Of a stretch of DNA of 64,000 bases, positions 18,672 to 28,482 are shown in pieces (positions within the stretch are counted from its first letter, which is position 1; the number at the start of each line of letters is the position of its first letter). Below the pieces are notes generated by a model, which saw only the letters and a program-made list of their open reading frames with translations, made no database searches and had not been told where the DNA came from. The position numbers were made by a program, and so were the translations under genes. Origin of the DNA: an uncultured delta proteobacterium (GTDB lineage Bacteria; Myxococcota; UBA727; VGSZ01); NCBI GenBank assembly GCA_963775425.1, contig CAVZJB010000016.1, positions 1,248,001-1,312,000 on the forward strand. Direction: 5' to 3'.

Positions 18672-19523
18672 GTGGGAGAAGGCGGTCCAAACGAGCCGGG
18701 CGATCGCGTCGAGGCGGCCATGGCGTCGCTCGACTCGCTCGTCGAGCACCTGCGCGGCGTGGAGAAGCTGCGCGAGAACGTCGCCGCCCTCGTCGTCGAG
18801 AGCCAGCGCCTGCGTGCCGACAACGTCCGCCTCTCCAAGGCGCTGGTGCGCGTGCAGGAGAGCGGCACCCCGCACGACGCCCTCTCCACCCTCAAGGTCG
18901 CGCAGGAAAAAGCGCAGATCTACCAACAGCAGGTGCAGGACCTGCTCGAGGTGCAGACCGAGCTCGAGAGCCGCGTGCTCGAGCTCGAGGAGCTGAACTC
19001 GTCGATGATGAGCATGTACGTGTCGAGCTTCCAGCTCCACGCCACGCTCGACCTCGCCGAGGTCATCCGCGTCATCGAGGAGATCCTCGTCAACTTCATC
19101 GGCGCCCGCAGCTACGCCATCTTGCTCCTCGACGACGACGGCGAGACCTTCCGCGTCGCGGCCGAGCAGGGCCTCGACGGCCGCCTGCCGCAGACGGGCA
19201 TCCGCCCCCGCGGCGTGCTGGCCGAAGTCCTCGGGTCGCTCACGGCGTACGTGCACACCTCGGCGCGGCCGGCGCGCGAGGGCGTGCTCGCCGCCGTGCC
19301 GCTCGCCCTGGGCAAGGCGTGCGTCGGCGCCATCCTCGTGTTCGGCCTGTTCTCGCAAAAGGAGCGCCTGCTGCGAAACGACATGGAGCTGTTCTCGCTG
19401 CTCGGTGGCCACGCCGCGAGCGCCATCGTGTCTTCGCGGCTCTACGCGCGCGCCGACCGCAAGGTGAAGACGCTCCAGGCGATGCTCACCCTCCTCGAGG
19501 AAGCGCCCGGCGACGAGGCCTGA
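18672..19523 (+). CDS. Coiled-coil plus GAF domain protein with no output domain
   Basis: Heptad-rich N-half; LHATLDLAEVI...VLAAVPLALGKACVGAI...ELFSLLGGHAASAI. Confidence 0.8.
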   Translation: MGEGGPNEPGDRVEAAMASLDSLVEHLRGVEKLRENVAALVVESQRLRADNVRLSKALVRVQESGTPHDALSTLKVAQEKAQIYQQQVQDLLEVQTELESRVLELEELNSSMMSMYVSSFQLHATLDLAEVIRVIEEILVNFIGARSYAILLLDDDGETFRVAAEQGLDGRLPQTGIRPRGVLAEVLGSLTAYVHTSARPAREGVLAAVPLALGKACVGAILVFGLFSQKERLLRNDMELFSLLGGHAASAIVSSRLYARADRKVKTLQAMLTLLEEAPGDEA

Positions 19524-20689
19524 TGCGCGCGTACCTCCTCGGCGGCCGTCCGCTTCACTTCCCGTTCCTCTCGGGCGTCCTGCGCTACGACTGCCCCACC
19601 TGCGACGCGCCCTGCTGCAAGGGCGCCGCCCTCGGCGTCGGCGTGTCGCGCGAGCTGGTGACGCTCGGCCACGCGCAGCCGCGGGCGCCGATGTTCGCGG
19701 TGCCGACGTTCTTCCACTCGCCGATGCTCGCGGTGCAGACGCCCGCCGAGCGCTGTTGGTTCCTCGACCGCAAGAACCGCTGCCGGCTCGAGCGCGTCCT
19801 CGGCCGGGACGCGAAGCCGTCGGGCTGCCGGCTCTTTCCCTTCGTCCGCTTTCGCACGGTGGGGGAGGCCGTGGCGGTGCTGCCGGACTTCACCTGCCCC
19901 ATCCAGGTCGCGGACGCCGCCACCGAGCACGGCGCCACGAGCCACGACGAGATCGCCCTCGAGATCCACCACGCCCACGTCCCGCGCAACGGGCACCCGC
20001 CGCTGACGGCGCCGCGCGATCTCACGTGGAGCGACGCCGTGGTGCTCGAGCGCCGCGTGGTCGAGGAGAGCGAGCCCTTCCTGCGCGCGACGTCATACAC
20101 GCCGTACGCGGAGCTTCAGGTGCAGCTCGCGCTCGCGTTCCTGGGCATCGACGGAAAGCCCGGGGCGATGGCGCGCGTCGAGGAGACCGCCCGGAGGTTC
20201 CTCGGCGTCACCGAGAAGCCGAGCCACGGTTTGGTGCGCGATCTCGTGGGGCTCACCGGCACGCTGCGCCTGCAGGCGAGCGCCCTGCCCCGCCGCGAGA
20301 TTGCCGGCGTGCTCGTGGCGCTCTCGGTGCTCGGCGGCGTCGCGGAGGCGATGCGCGGGGCGGTGCAGTCGCCGCGCACGCTGACGTCGATCTTTCAAAA
20401 CCAGCTCCCGTTCCTCTATGCGCTGGCGCACCTTGGCTCGCGGCCGGCGGTCCGCCCCGGCGTCTCGCTCGCGACGGCCGCGCGCGACGCGGGCGCCACG
20501 CGCCAGGCGAGCCTCGCGGTGCTCGCCGACATCGAGAAGAACGGCCGGCGCGCGGTCGCCGACACGCTCGAGGACCTCCTGCGCAAGCAGCACGAGGCCT
20601 TCGCGCCGCCCCTGTCCGCCGACGCAGTCGCGATGCTCCACCAGCTCGGCACGGTGCTCTTGCGCGCCTGCAGCTTCGTGCCGGTGTAG
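19523..20689 (+). CDS. YkgJ-like cysteine-cluster protein
   Basis: YDCPTCDAPCCKG, CWFLD...CRL...KPSGCRLFPF...CP; TGATG coupling to the GAF gene. Confidence 0.75.
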   Translation: MRAYLLGGRPLHFPFLSGVLRYDCPTCDAPCCKGAALGVGVSRELVTLGHAQPRAPMFAVPTFFHSPMLAVQTPAERCWFLDRKNRCRLERVLGRDAKPSGCRLFPFVRFRTVGEAVAVLPDFTCPIQVADAATEHGATSHDEIALEIHHAHVPRNGHPPLTAPRDLTWSDAVVLERRVVEESEPFLRATSYTPYAELQVQLALAFLGIDGKPGAMARVEETARRFLGVTEKPSHGLVRDLVGLTGTLRLQASALPRREIAGVLVALSVLGGVAEAMRGAVQSPRTLTSIFQNQLPFLYALAHLGSRPAVRPGVSLATAARDAGATRQASLAVLADIEKNGRRAVADTLEDLLRKQHEAFAPPLSADAVAMLHQLGTVLLRACSFVPV

Positions 20690-20693
20690 GCGC

Positions 20694-22278
20694 CTACGGA
20701 TCACATTGCGCGTCAGCCGCCTCGGCGAGCGCGACCGTGTCCGCCTGCGCGGCCGGGAGCACCACGGTGAAGCACGCGCCGGCGCCGGCGGCCGTGCGCA
20801 CCGCGAGCTCACCGCCGAAGCCGCGCACGATCTGGCGGCTGATCCACAGGCCGAGCCCGGTGCCGACGTCGGCGCCCTTGGTGGTGAAGAACGCCTCGAA
20901 CAGGCGCGCGACGTGCTGCGGGGGGATGCCCGGCCCGCTGTCCTCGACGTCGATGACCACCGAGTCGCCGTCGCGCCGCGTGCGCAGCCGGATCTCCTTC
21001 GCCGTCGCCTGGCCCGCCATCGCCTGCGCCGCGTTCACCACCAGGTTCAGGAACACCTGCGAGAGCTTGCCGGGGTTCACCCGCACGTCGACGCCGGCGG
21101 CGAGATCGTCGCGGACGGACGCGCCGTGCTTCTTCACCTCGGCCGCGGCCACGCGCAGGGCCGAGCGCACCACGTCGTTCACGTCGACGCACGCGGGAGG
21201 GACGCCCTCACCGGACCGCGCGAGCGACTTGAGGTCGGCGGCGATCTCCTTGATGCGCTCGGCGCCGACGATGCCGTCGTCGAGGGCCTCCTGCAGCTCC
21301 GCCAGCGCGTTGTCCGACGGCTCCCTCCCGCTGCCGAGCTCGGCCAGCGCCTCCTTCGCGAAGCCGAGCGCGCTCAGCGTGAACGCCGCCGGGTTGTTGA
21401 TCTCGTGCGCCACGCTTGCGGCGAGCTGCCCGATGCAGGCCAGGCGCTCCGCGGCCACGACCTGGCCGAGCAGCCGCGCGTTCTCGAGCGCGAGCAGCAC
21501 CTGCGACGCGAGGACGCCGGCGCGCTCGACGTCGTTGTCCGAGAACGCGGGCCGCCCGGCGCGGCGCAGGTTGAGGACGCCCACGGCCCGCTCGCCGACG
21601 ACCAGCGGGTAGACGATGCTCGAAACGCCGTCGTCGTCGACGCGCAGCACGGGGGCGCGGTCCACGAGCACCTGCCCCGCCACCCCCTCGCCGGGGGCGA
21701 TGACCGCGCCGGCGCGCTCCGGGCAGCTCTGCGCGCCCGCCTCGTAGGCGACGTACACGTCGCCGGCAGGACCGACGAGCATGAGCGAAGCGTCGGCCGC
21801 TGCCATGACGTCCATGGCGACGTCCACGATGTGATGAGGCAGCCGGGCGTCGGGCGGCGACGCGAAGATCACCTGACACGCGCGATACAGGCTGGTCGCC
21901 GAGCGCAGGCGTTTGCGCTCGAGGGCCCGGTCCACCGACGACAAGAGGTGATCGGTGACGAACGGCTTCTGCAGCAGATCGAACGCGCCGGCCCGCAGGC
22001 AAGCGATGGCCGTCTCGAGGTTCGCGTGCCCCGTGCTGATGATGACCTCGGTGTCCGGCGCCGTCGCGCGCACGTGCTTGAGCACGTCCAGGCCGCTGAG
22101 CCCGGGCATGCGGATGTCGGAGAGCACGAGAATCGAACGCGTCGCGCCCGAGCGCCTCCAGCGCCGCCGCGCCGTGCTCCGCCATCACCACCTGGAGTCC
22201 GGCGTCCCCGAGCTCCCACGCGAGCATCTCGCGCATACCGCGTTCGTCGTCGACGACGAGCACCTTGCCGCTCAGCAC
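20694..22278 (-). pseudogene. Hybrid REC-GAF-histidine kinase split by a +1 frameshift near 22131 (pseudogene or sequencing error)
   Basis: KVLVVDDERGMRE...AFD in one frame continues as VLSDIRMPG in another; GAT-T-CTC instead of GAT CTC. AHEINNP, NLVVNA, DSGPGI and GTGLGL boxes intact. Confidence 0.85.
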
Positions 22279-22640
22279 GGGGGCACCTCTGCGGCGTCGA
22301 CGACGCACATCAGCTCGGCGAACGTGAACGGCTTGTGCAGCACGCTCGAGGCGCCGTGGGACAGGCCCGAGGCGATGTCCGCGTCCATCTCGGGGCTGCC
22401 GCTCATGAGCACCACCCGCTGCTCGCCCCGCGCGCCCTTGATGCGGCGCACGGCCTCGGCGCCGCCGAGGACGGGCATGTGCACGTCGAGGATGACGAGC
22501 GTGAACGGCCCGCGCTCGACGTGCTTCACCGCCTGCAACCCGTCGCAGACCGCGACAATCTCGAAGCCCATCGGCTCGAGGAGAAACCGCATCGCGTCGC
22601 GCTGCCCTGCCTCGTCATCGGCGATCAGGATCCGTTTCAT
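22272..22640 (-). CDS. Single-domain response regulator
   Basis: ILIADDE, ILDVHMP, MSG and HKPF. Confidence 0.9.
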   Translation of the reverse strand: MKRILIADDEAGQRDAMRFLLEPMGFEIVAVCDGLQAVKHVERGPFTLVILDVHMPVLGGAEAVRRIKGARGEQRVVLMSGSPEMDADIASGLSHGASSVLHKPFTFAELMCVVDAAEVPPC

Positions 22641-24385
22641 GCTGCCGCCGTCATCGCTGGCGCTGGCGGGAGCGAGACGACCATCGTGGTGCCTCGCCCC
22701 TTGGCGCTCGTGAAGTAGATGGCTCCGCCGTGCTGCTTGACAATCTCGTGCACGAGGCTGAGCCCGAGGCCGGTGCCCTTGCCGACCTCCTTGGTGGTGA
22801 AGAACGGGTCGAAGATGCGGGTCCGCAGGGCCTCGTCGATGCCCGTGCCGGTATCGGAGACCTCGAAGATCACGTGACCGTCCTGTTGCCTCGCGCCGAT
22901 CGTGAGCACGCCACCCTCGGGCATCGCGTCGAGCGCATTGGTGCCGAGGTTGACCATCACCTGTTGGATCTGGGTGCGGTTGCCGTGCACCGGTGCGGTC
23001 TCCGAGAGCGCGCAACGCAGCTCCACTCCCTGCGGCCGCGCGCGCGCCTCGAGCAGGGTGACGGTGGCCCGCGCGATGTCGGAGACATCCAGGCCTTCCA
23101 TCTCGCGCTTGCCGGTACGCGAAAAGACGAGCAGCTCCTGCACGAGCGAGCGACAGCGGAGCGCTTCCCGGACGATGGACTCCACGGGCATCCGCAAGGG
23201 GTCGTCGGAGCGAACGCGTCGCTCGAGCCCTTGTGCGAACCCGAGGATCACGCCGAGGGGGTTGTTGATCTCGTGAGCGACACCGCCGGCGAGCTGCCCG
23301 ATCGCGGCCATCTTCTCCGAGACCAGCGCGCGCGCCTGTGCCTCCTCGAGCCCTGCGACCATCGCGTCGAAGGCGCGGCCGAGCTCTTCCACCTCGCCGC
23401 CGCCGAGCTGTGCCGGCGCGCGGACGTCGAGGTCGCCGTCGCGCAGCCGCCGCGCGGCGCGCGCGAGGGCCGAGATCGGGCGCGCGATGCGCGCCGCGAG
23501 GAGCCAGGCGATGAGCGCGACGAGCGGCAGCACGAGGAGGGTGCCGGCGGCGACGAGGCCGACGTAGTAGCCGCCGCCTCCCATCACCTCTTGCGGGACC
23601 CACACCATGGCGCGGAGCGGCGCGGCGTCGAGCCCGGGGATCCGATCGACGTAGAGGAAGACGGGGACGTCGAGCTCGCCGCGGGCGACCGGCTCCACGA
23701 GGACGTCATAGGGCTGATACCCGAGGTACCCGGGCACGCGCAGCGTCGCGATGGCGAACCTGGCGGCGGCCTGGTGCACGTCGACGGGCGCGCCCCCCTC
23801 GAGGACGGGCGCGATGAGCTCCTTGGCGGCGTTGTGGGTCGTGGCCTCGACGACGCCGGCGGGACCGTAGAGCGCGACCTCTGCGTTGGTGGCGCTGCCG
23901 ATCTCACGCAGGAACGCCGCGTCGAGGAAGCGGCCGAGCACGAGCCACCTGCCCGGGCCGTTCGGGTCGAGCGGCACGGACACGGTGAGCGCCGCGCGCG
24001 TCCCGCACACGGTGACGCCGCGAGCGACGCCGGACGCGGAGCCCAGCGGGACCTCGTCGGGGGAGCACGCGCCGGCGGAGGCGTCGACGGCGCCACGGCC
24101 TCCGTCGACGACGGCCCAGAAGCGCCCCGCGTCCGCGTACGCCTCGAGCTCCTTCCTGTCGCCCGCCGAGATCGTGGGCGGAAGGAGCTTGGCCGCCTGC
24201 TCGAGCATCTCGTACTGGAGCTCGACGAACGTCCTCACCCCGTGCTCGTTGCTCGCGCGGAGCCATGTGCGCGCCCCGTAGCTGGCCATCTTCAGGTTGA
24301 TGCCGTGGCCGGCCGCCCCTTCGAGCAGCGTGGTCAGGAGAACCCCCCCGACAATCGCCAGCACGAGCTTGGACCGGAGCCTCAT
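22637..24385 (-). CDS. Membrane sensor histidine kinase (HAMP, HisKA, HATPase)
   Basis: Two TM helices, HAMP, VAHEINNPL, NLGTNALDA, DTGTGI and FFTTKEVGKGTGLGL. Confidence 0.9.
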   Translation of the reverse strand: MRLRSKLVLAIVGGVLLTTLLEGAAGHGINLKMASYGARTWLRASNEHGVRTFVELQYEMLEQAAKLLPPTISAGDRKELEAYADAGRFWAVVDGGRGAVDASAGACSPDEVPLGSASGVARGVTVCGTRAALTVSVPLDPNGPGRWLVLGRFLDAAFLREIGSATNAEVALYGPAGVVEATTHNAAKELIAPVLEGGAPVDVHQAAARFAIATLRVPGYLGYQPYDVLVEPVARGELDVPVFLYVDRIPGLDAAPLRAMVWVPQEVMGGGGYYVGLVAAGTLLVLPLVALIAWLLAARIARPISALARAARRLRDGDLDVRAPAQLGGGEVEELGRAFDAMVAGLEEAQARALVSEKMAAIGQLAGGVAHEINNPLGVILGFAQGLERRVRSDDPLRMPVESIVREALRCRSLVQELLVFSRTGKREMEGLDVSDIARATVTLLEARARPQGVELRCALSETAPVHGNRTQIQQVMVNLGTNALDAMPEGGVLTIGARQQDGHVIFEVSDTGTGIDEALRTRIFDPFFTTKEVGKGTGLGLSLVHEIVKQHGGAIYFTSAKGRGTTMVVSLPPAPAMTAAA

Positions 24386-24449
24386 GCCCGACCATCGGCA
24401 CGCCCTGCCGGATCCTGAAGCCGCTGACGGCGGTGCCGGGGCCGAGCCG

Positions 24450-24478
24450 TTGACACCGTCCCGGTTCGTTCGCACACT
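24450..24478 (+). promoter_or_regulatory. Putative sigma70 promoter of tRNA-Gly
   Basis: TTGACA-N17-CACACT ending 11 nt before the tRNA. Confidence 0.55.
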
Positions 24479-24488
24479 CCCCGGCGTC

Positions 24489-24565
<77 letters not shown>

Positions 24566-24567
24566 GC

Positions 24568-24597
24568 AAGCCCCGATTACGTCGGGGCTTTTTCTTT
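24568..24597 (+). terminator. Rho-independent terminator after the tRNA
   Basis: AAGCCCCGA-ttacg-TCGGGGCTT followed by TTTCTTT. Confidence 0.85.
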
Positions 24598-24599
24598 GC

Positions 24600-25750
24600 C
24601 GCCGAGCTCCGGCTGACTCCGAATTCGCGTGGGACAGGGCCAGTCCCACGTGAAGTCCCACGTCGAGGACGTCCTTGAAGGCGGCGGCGTGGGCCTTGGC
24701 CTTCTCCTCGTGATCGACGTGGGAGTAGAGCCGGGTCATCTCGCTCGTGGCGTGGCCGATCATCGCGCGGGCGACCGTCTCGCCGTTGGCGCGGCGGAGG
24801 AGGTCGTTCGCGGTCCGCCGCAGGGCGTGCGACGAGATCGTCTTGTCGATGCCGGCGACCTTGCAGCAGCGCAGGAGCGGCTTCCGCAGGATCGACGGCT
24901 GGCGGTACGTGCCCTTCTGCGACGGGAACACGAGGTCCCGCTGCACGTGGCTCACGTCCTTCACCCGCGGCAGCGGGTTCTGCGCCTGCCACGCCTGTGG
25001 CGCCGAAGCAGCTCGACGACGACGGGCGCGAGAAACACATCTCGCCTCGTCACCTCGGTCTTCGGCGGACCGACGACGCCGCCGACCTGGCTGCGCACGA
25101 TGCGCAGCTTGCCGGCACTGAGGTCGATGTCCTGCCACTCGAGCGCGCTCACCTCACAGAAGCGCATGCCGGTGGACACCTGCACGACGACCATCGCGCC
25201 GATGTCCTCGGTCTCGTGCTTCGTCGCGTCGAGCAGGCGTTGAAGCTCGCCGAGCGTCAACGCGTCCTTCTCGACGAGCGCGGGCCGGGGCTCACCGCCG
25301 ACGTGATCCCCGAGCTCAAACCGTAGACCCGCCGTCGGGTCCGTCGGCAAGTCCCGCATGATCACGGCGCGCTTCACCATGGCGCGGAGCGTCGCCCACG
25401 CGCTGTGAAGCGTTGCCTTGCGATAGAGCTGCCCGTTTTCCTGCCGCAACTTCGCCACCTTCTCCATCCACGTCACGAGGTCCGACCGCTTCAAGCGGAT
25501 GAGCTCGAATCCGGCCGAGGTCGGGAAGGACGAACCGTTCGAGATCGTGGAGGCGTTTTTCGACGACGTGCTTTCGGGTCCTGCCCGTCGTCGCCGTATG
25601 CTCGAGCCATCGCGGCGCGAAGTCTCCAAGGGTCTCTTTGGTCGGCATTCCGCTCAAGTCGCGCTCGGCCTGTTCCTTCAACTGGGTGCAGATCGCCTGC
25701 TGAGCACGCCCGCGTGAGCGTGTCGATCGGGTAGATGATCGATTCGCCGG
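24600..25750 (-). pseudogene. Tyrosine recombinase/integrase, frameshifted (about 24997, 25510 and probably 25710) and N-terminally eroded
   Basis: Fragments: LGDFAPRWLEH...FVLPDLG; TGMRFCEVSALEWQDID...PPKT; LVFPS...SHALRRT...IGHATSEMTRLYSH (R-K-HxxR-H-Y set). Confidence 0.9.
24628..24663. repeat. Candidate integrase arm-type sites: AGTCCCACGT twice (12-bp spacing) plus an inverted CGTGGGAC
   Basis: Copies at 24642-24651 and 24654-24663; inverted copy at 24628-24635; 60-100 bp from the tRNA 3' end. Confidence 0.55.
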
Positions 25751-25830
25751 TGGGCGAGGCGTGCGTTCCTGGCGCCATGAACAAGCGCATCTCCAAGAAG
25801 AAGCCGCGGAAGGTGAAGAGAGGATCGCAG

Positions 25831-26094
25831 ATGGCGCGAGTCGAGGTCCACGACGACGTCGAACGCGCCGCTGCTGAGGCGGCGATCAGGGCTGTGCGGG
25901 AGGGCCGCGAAGCCATGAAGGCGGCGCACGACCCCAAGACCTACATGGCGGCGTACGCGAAGGTGTACGCGGGCGCCGACGACGTCGCGCGCGCCGCCCT
26001 CGAGGGACTCGAAGCCGAAGACGACGAGGAGCCCGACGTCGTCGTTATCGACGGCGTCACATTGCGGGCCGTCCTCTCCTGCGAGGCGACGTAG
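25831..26094 (+). CDS. Small hypothetical protein
   Basis: Plausible composition and purine-rich SD; no recognisable motif. Confidence 0.45.
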   Translation: MARVEVHDDVERAAAEAAIRAVREGREAMKAAHDPKTYMAAYAKVYAGADDVARAALEGLEAEDDEEPDVVVIDGVTLRAVLSCEAT

Positions 26095-26289
26095 GTGTGA
26101 GGCAGCGTCACTCAACGGTGGATGCGCCTCCTCGACCGGCAGCGGCCGCTCGCGGCCGCGGTCCGCCTCGTGCTCCTGCCGCGGCGCCGCCGCCGGCGCT
26201 GAGGGCGTTCCGAACGGTCCTCGCTGTACAGCCGGGCTGGTTGGCCGTTGCTGGCGTGCCTTGAGCGCAAGGCGCTGCTACGATTGGAC

Positions 26290-26517
26290 ATGGCTATCCG
26301 TGGACGTGTCTCCAACGGCCGCATCGTCGTCGACGAGCCGACACTACTCCCCGAGGGTACAACCCTCAATCTCGTCGTGGACGATGAGGGCGACGACCTC
26401 GACGCTGAAGAGCGCGCCGCATTGCAGGCGCACCTCGAGAAGTCGTGGCAGAGCGTCGGAGCTGGGCAGGTCCGTCCCGCAGAGGACCTCATCGCAGAGC
26501 TTCGCGCGCGTCGATGA
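26290..26517 (+). CDS. Putative type II antitoxin
   Basis: GRVSNGRIVVDEPTLLPEGT beta N-terminus; acidic/helical C-terminus ending RPAEDLIAELR; ATGA overlap with the toxin. Confidence 0.75.
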   Translation: MAIRGRVSNGRIVVDEPTLLPEGTTLNLVVDDEGDDLDAEERAALQAHLEKSWQSVGAGQVRPAEDLIAELRARR

Positions 26518-27065
26518 AGAAGCGCCGCGTCGTCACGACACCGGAGGCTGACGACGATGCCCGCAGCATCGACCTCTGGTGGATGAAGAACAGGACGGCC
26601 GCGCCGAACCTCTTCGTCGAGGAGCTCGCCAACGCTGTGGAGTTGCTCGCCGTCGAACCGGGCGTCGGCATTCGCTACGCGTCCCGCGCAATTCCCGGGC
26701 TGCATCGGATGCTCCTTCGCGCGAGCCGCTACCACGTCTACTACACGTACAACGACGACATCGTGGCCATCGTCGGCGTCTGGGGCGCCACCCGCGGCAT
26801 CACGCCGGCCTTCCGCAAACGGGCCGTGTCGACGAGCTCGGCGCTCGCGACGCCGGAACACCCGACGACGGTTCCGGGCTACGAGAACCGCAACCGGCAG
26901 ACGGTGGTGCGCGCCACCGGCCTCGCTGGCAACGATCACCTGCAGCGGGTCTCCGAGCTCCGCTGCGGCGACTGCGGGCACAGCTACGGGTCGAACGGGT
27001 CCGACAACCACCAGCGCAAGTGCCCGAACTGCCAGGGCGGAGCGCCAGGGCTGCCGCTCAAGTGA
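26514..27065 (+). CDS. RelE/ParE-family toxin with C-terminal zinc-ribbon extension
   Basis: VVTTPEADDD...LAVEPGVG...HRMLL...YHVYY...IVAIVGVW, then CGDCGHSYGSNGSD...KCPNCQGG. Confidence 0.75.
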   Translation: MKKRRVVTTPEADDDARSIDLWWMKNRTAAPNLFVEELANAVELLAVEPGVGIRYASRAIPGLHRMLLRASRYHVYYTYNDDIVAIVGVWGATRGITPAFRKRAVSTSSALATPEHPTTVPGYENRNRQTVVRATGLAGNDHLQRVSELRCGDCGHSYGSNGSDNHQRKCPNCQGGAPGLPLK

Positions 27066-27124
27066 AACCCCTCCGGCTCGACGGGGAGCGGCGGGGCTGG
27101 CATCGTTCGCACTGAGGGGAACGC

Positions 27125-27475
27125 ATGCCGACGGTGATGCGCAAGGTGCACGGCCGACGTATCGTGGAGCGGTTTCGAACCCAGCGACACGTCGACGCGC
27201 AGGCCGCGTTGAATGTCGCGCTCTCGCAGATCGACGAGTTCGAGCGTGCGCTCGGTGCTGCGCTGCCGAAGAGCATGCGCGGCACGGTGAGCGAGCGCTG
27301 TGGCGAAGCGCGATGCGCTCTCCAACGATGTGTGTTGAACGATCCGTTCTGGTCGGCGCTGGACACCGGCGACGCCGTCGGTGCTCCGTGGGACTCGAAC
27401 GAGGAAGCCGATGATTTCGATGGCGTCGAAGCTGCGCCGATGACAGGAGCTGCGCCAGCGGGGCGCGGGGAGTAG
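27125..27475 (+). CDS. Hypothetical protein
   Basis: GAGGGG SD before the ATG; no motif. Confidence 0.4.
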   Translation: MPTVMRKVHGRRIVERFRTQRHVDAQAALNVALSQIDEFERALGAALPKSMRGTVSERCGEARCALQRCVLNDPFWSALDTGDAVGAPWDSNEEADDFDGVEAAPMTGAAPAGRGE

Positions 27476-27699
27476 CGCTCGTGTCTACCGATGCCGCCCT
27501 TCCCTTTGAGACGGCGTGGAAACACGTCGACGAGCTACACGCGTCGGCGAAGCTCGTGGTGCAGTCGTCGGCGGTGCATCTTCTCGATATCGGCAGTTCG
27601 GACCCTCCCCGAGAGGTCGAGCCGCTCTTCGAGAAGAACCACCAGCGGAATAGCCAGGTCGCGGTCCGGCGTCTTCTACCCGCTCCACGCAGCCCCAGT

Positions 27700-28280
27700 T
27701 CCGACTGAGGTCGCGTTTCCCGTCGGGGTCGCGCTCTTCGTCTTGCCCCTCGCTGGCATCACGCTCGCGCGCCGCGCGCAGCTCGCGAGCGCGGACCCAT
27801 CGCTCGCCAAGCGCTTCGCCGTCGCCGCGCAGATCGTTGGCGTGGCCTGGTATGTGCTGCTGCTCGTCGACTACATCGTTGGTGTTTGGATGCACGGCAC
27901 GTTCTGGACCCAACACGGCTTCCACAGCGGCCGGCCGCTTCGACGCGGTCGCAGGACCGTGCGACCCGAGCTTGTCGACCGCGGCCCCGTACCCCGCCAG
28001 ACGGCAGTACCCACTGGCGTCGTGGCCTCGTGGCGGGAGAGCGCGCGCGACGAAGCCGCCGCGGTCGTCGCCTTCGCCGATCTCGCCACCGACCTCGTCG
28101 CCGTGGGCGCGCCCGACGCCTTGGTCGCCCGCGCACGCCGAGCCGCCCGCGACGAAGAAAGCCACGTGCGGCTCTACACGGAGGCCGCGGCGTCGGCAGA
28201 CGGGCGCTTGCTGACGCCCGCCGACGTGCATCCCCGTCCACGCCGTCGCAGCCGCTTGAGAACACTCGCGCTCGGCGCAA
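27700..28280 (+). pseudogene. Truncated membrane-anchored myxobacterial ferritin-like protein
   Basis: Two TM segments, then GRPLR...ARDEAAAVVAFADLA..L...GAP..LV.RA.RAARDE.SH; the second ExxH half is missing. Confidence 0.6.
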
Positions 28281-28482
28281 GTGATGCAGAGCCCCGCGCT
28301 GGCGCGCAACCCGTCAGTCAATCGGACGCGCCGCGTCGTTGGGCGAATCGACGGCAGTATCGTCGGCGTTCATTCGCAGGGGCCTCACTGCCGATCGCTC
28401 TGGAGGCACCTGCTTCCTGCGCGCGGGTCGCGAACCAACATCGGGCCCTCGACGGCGAGGCAGACGGCCGCGTGCGCTCAGG

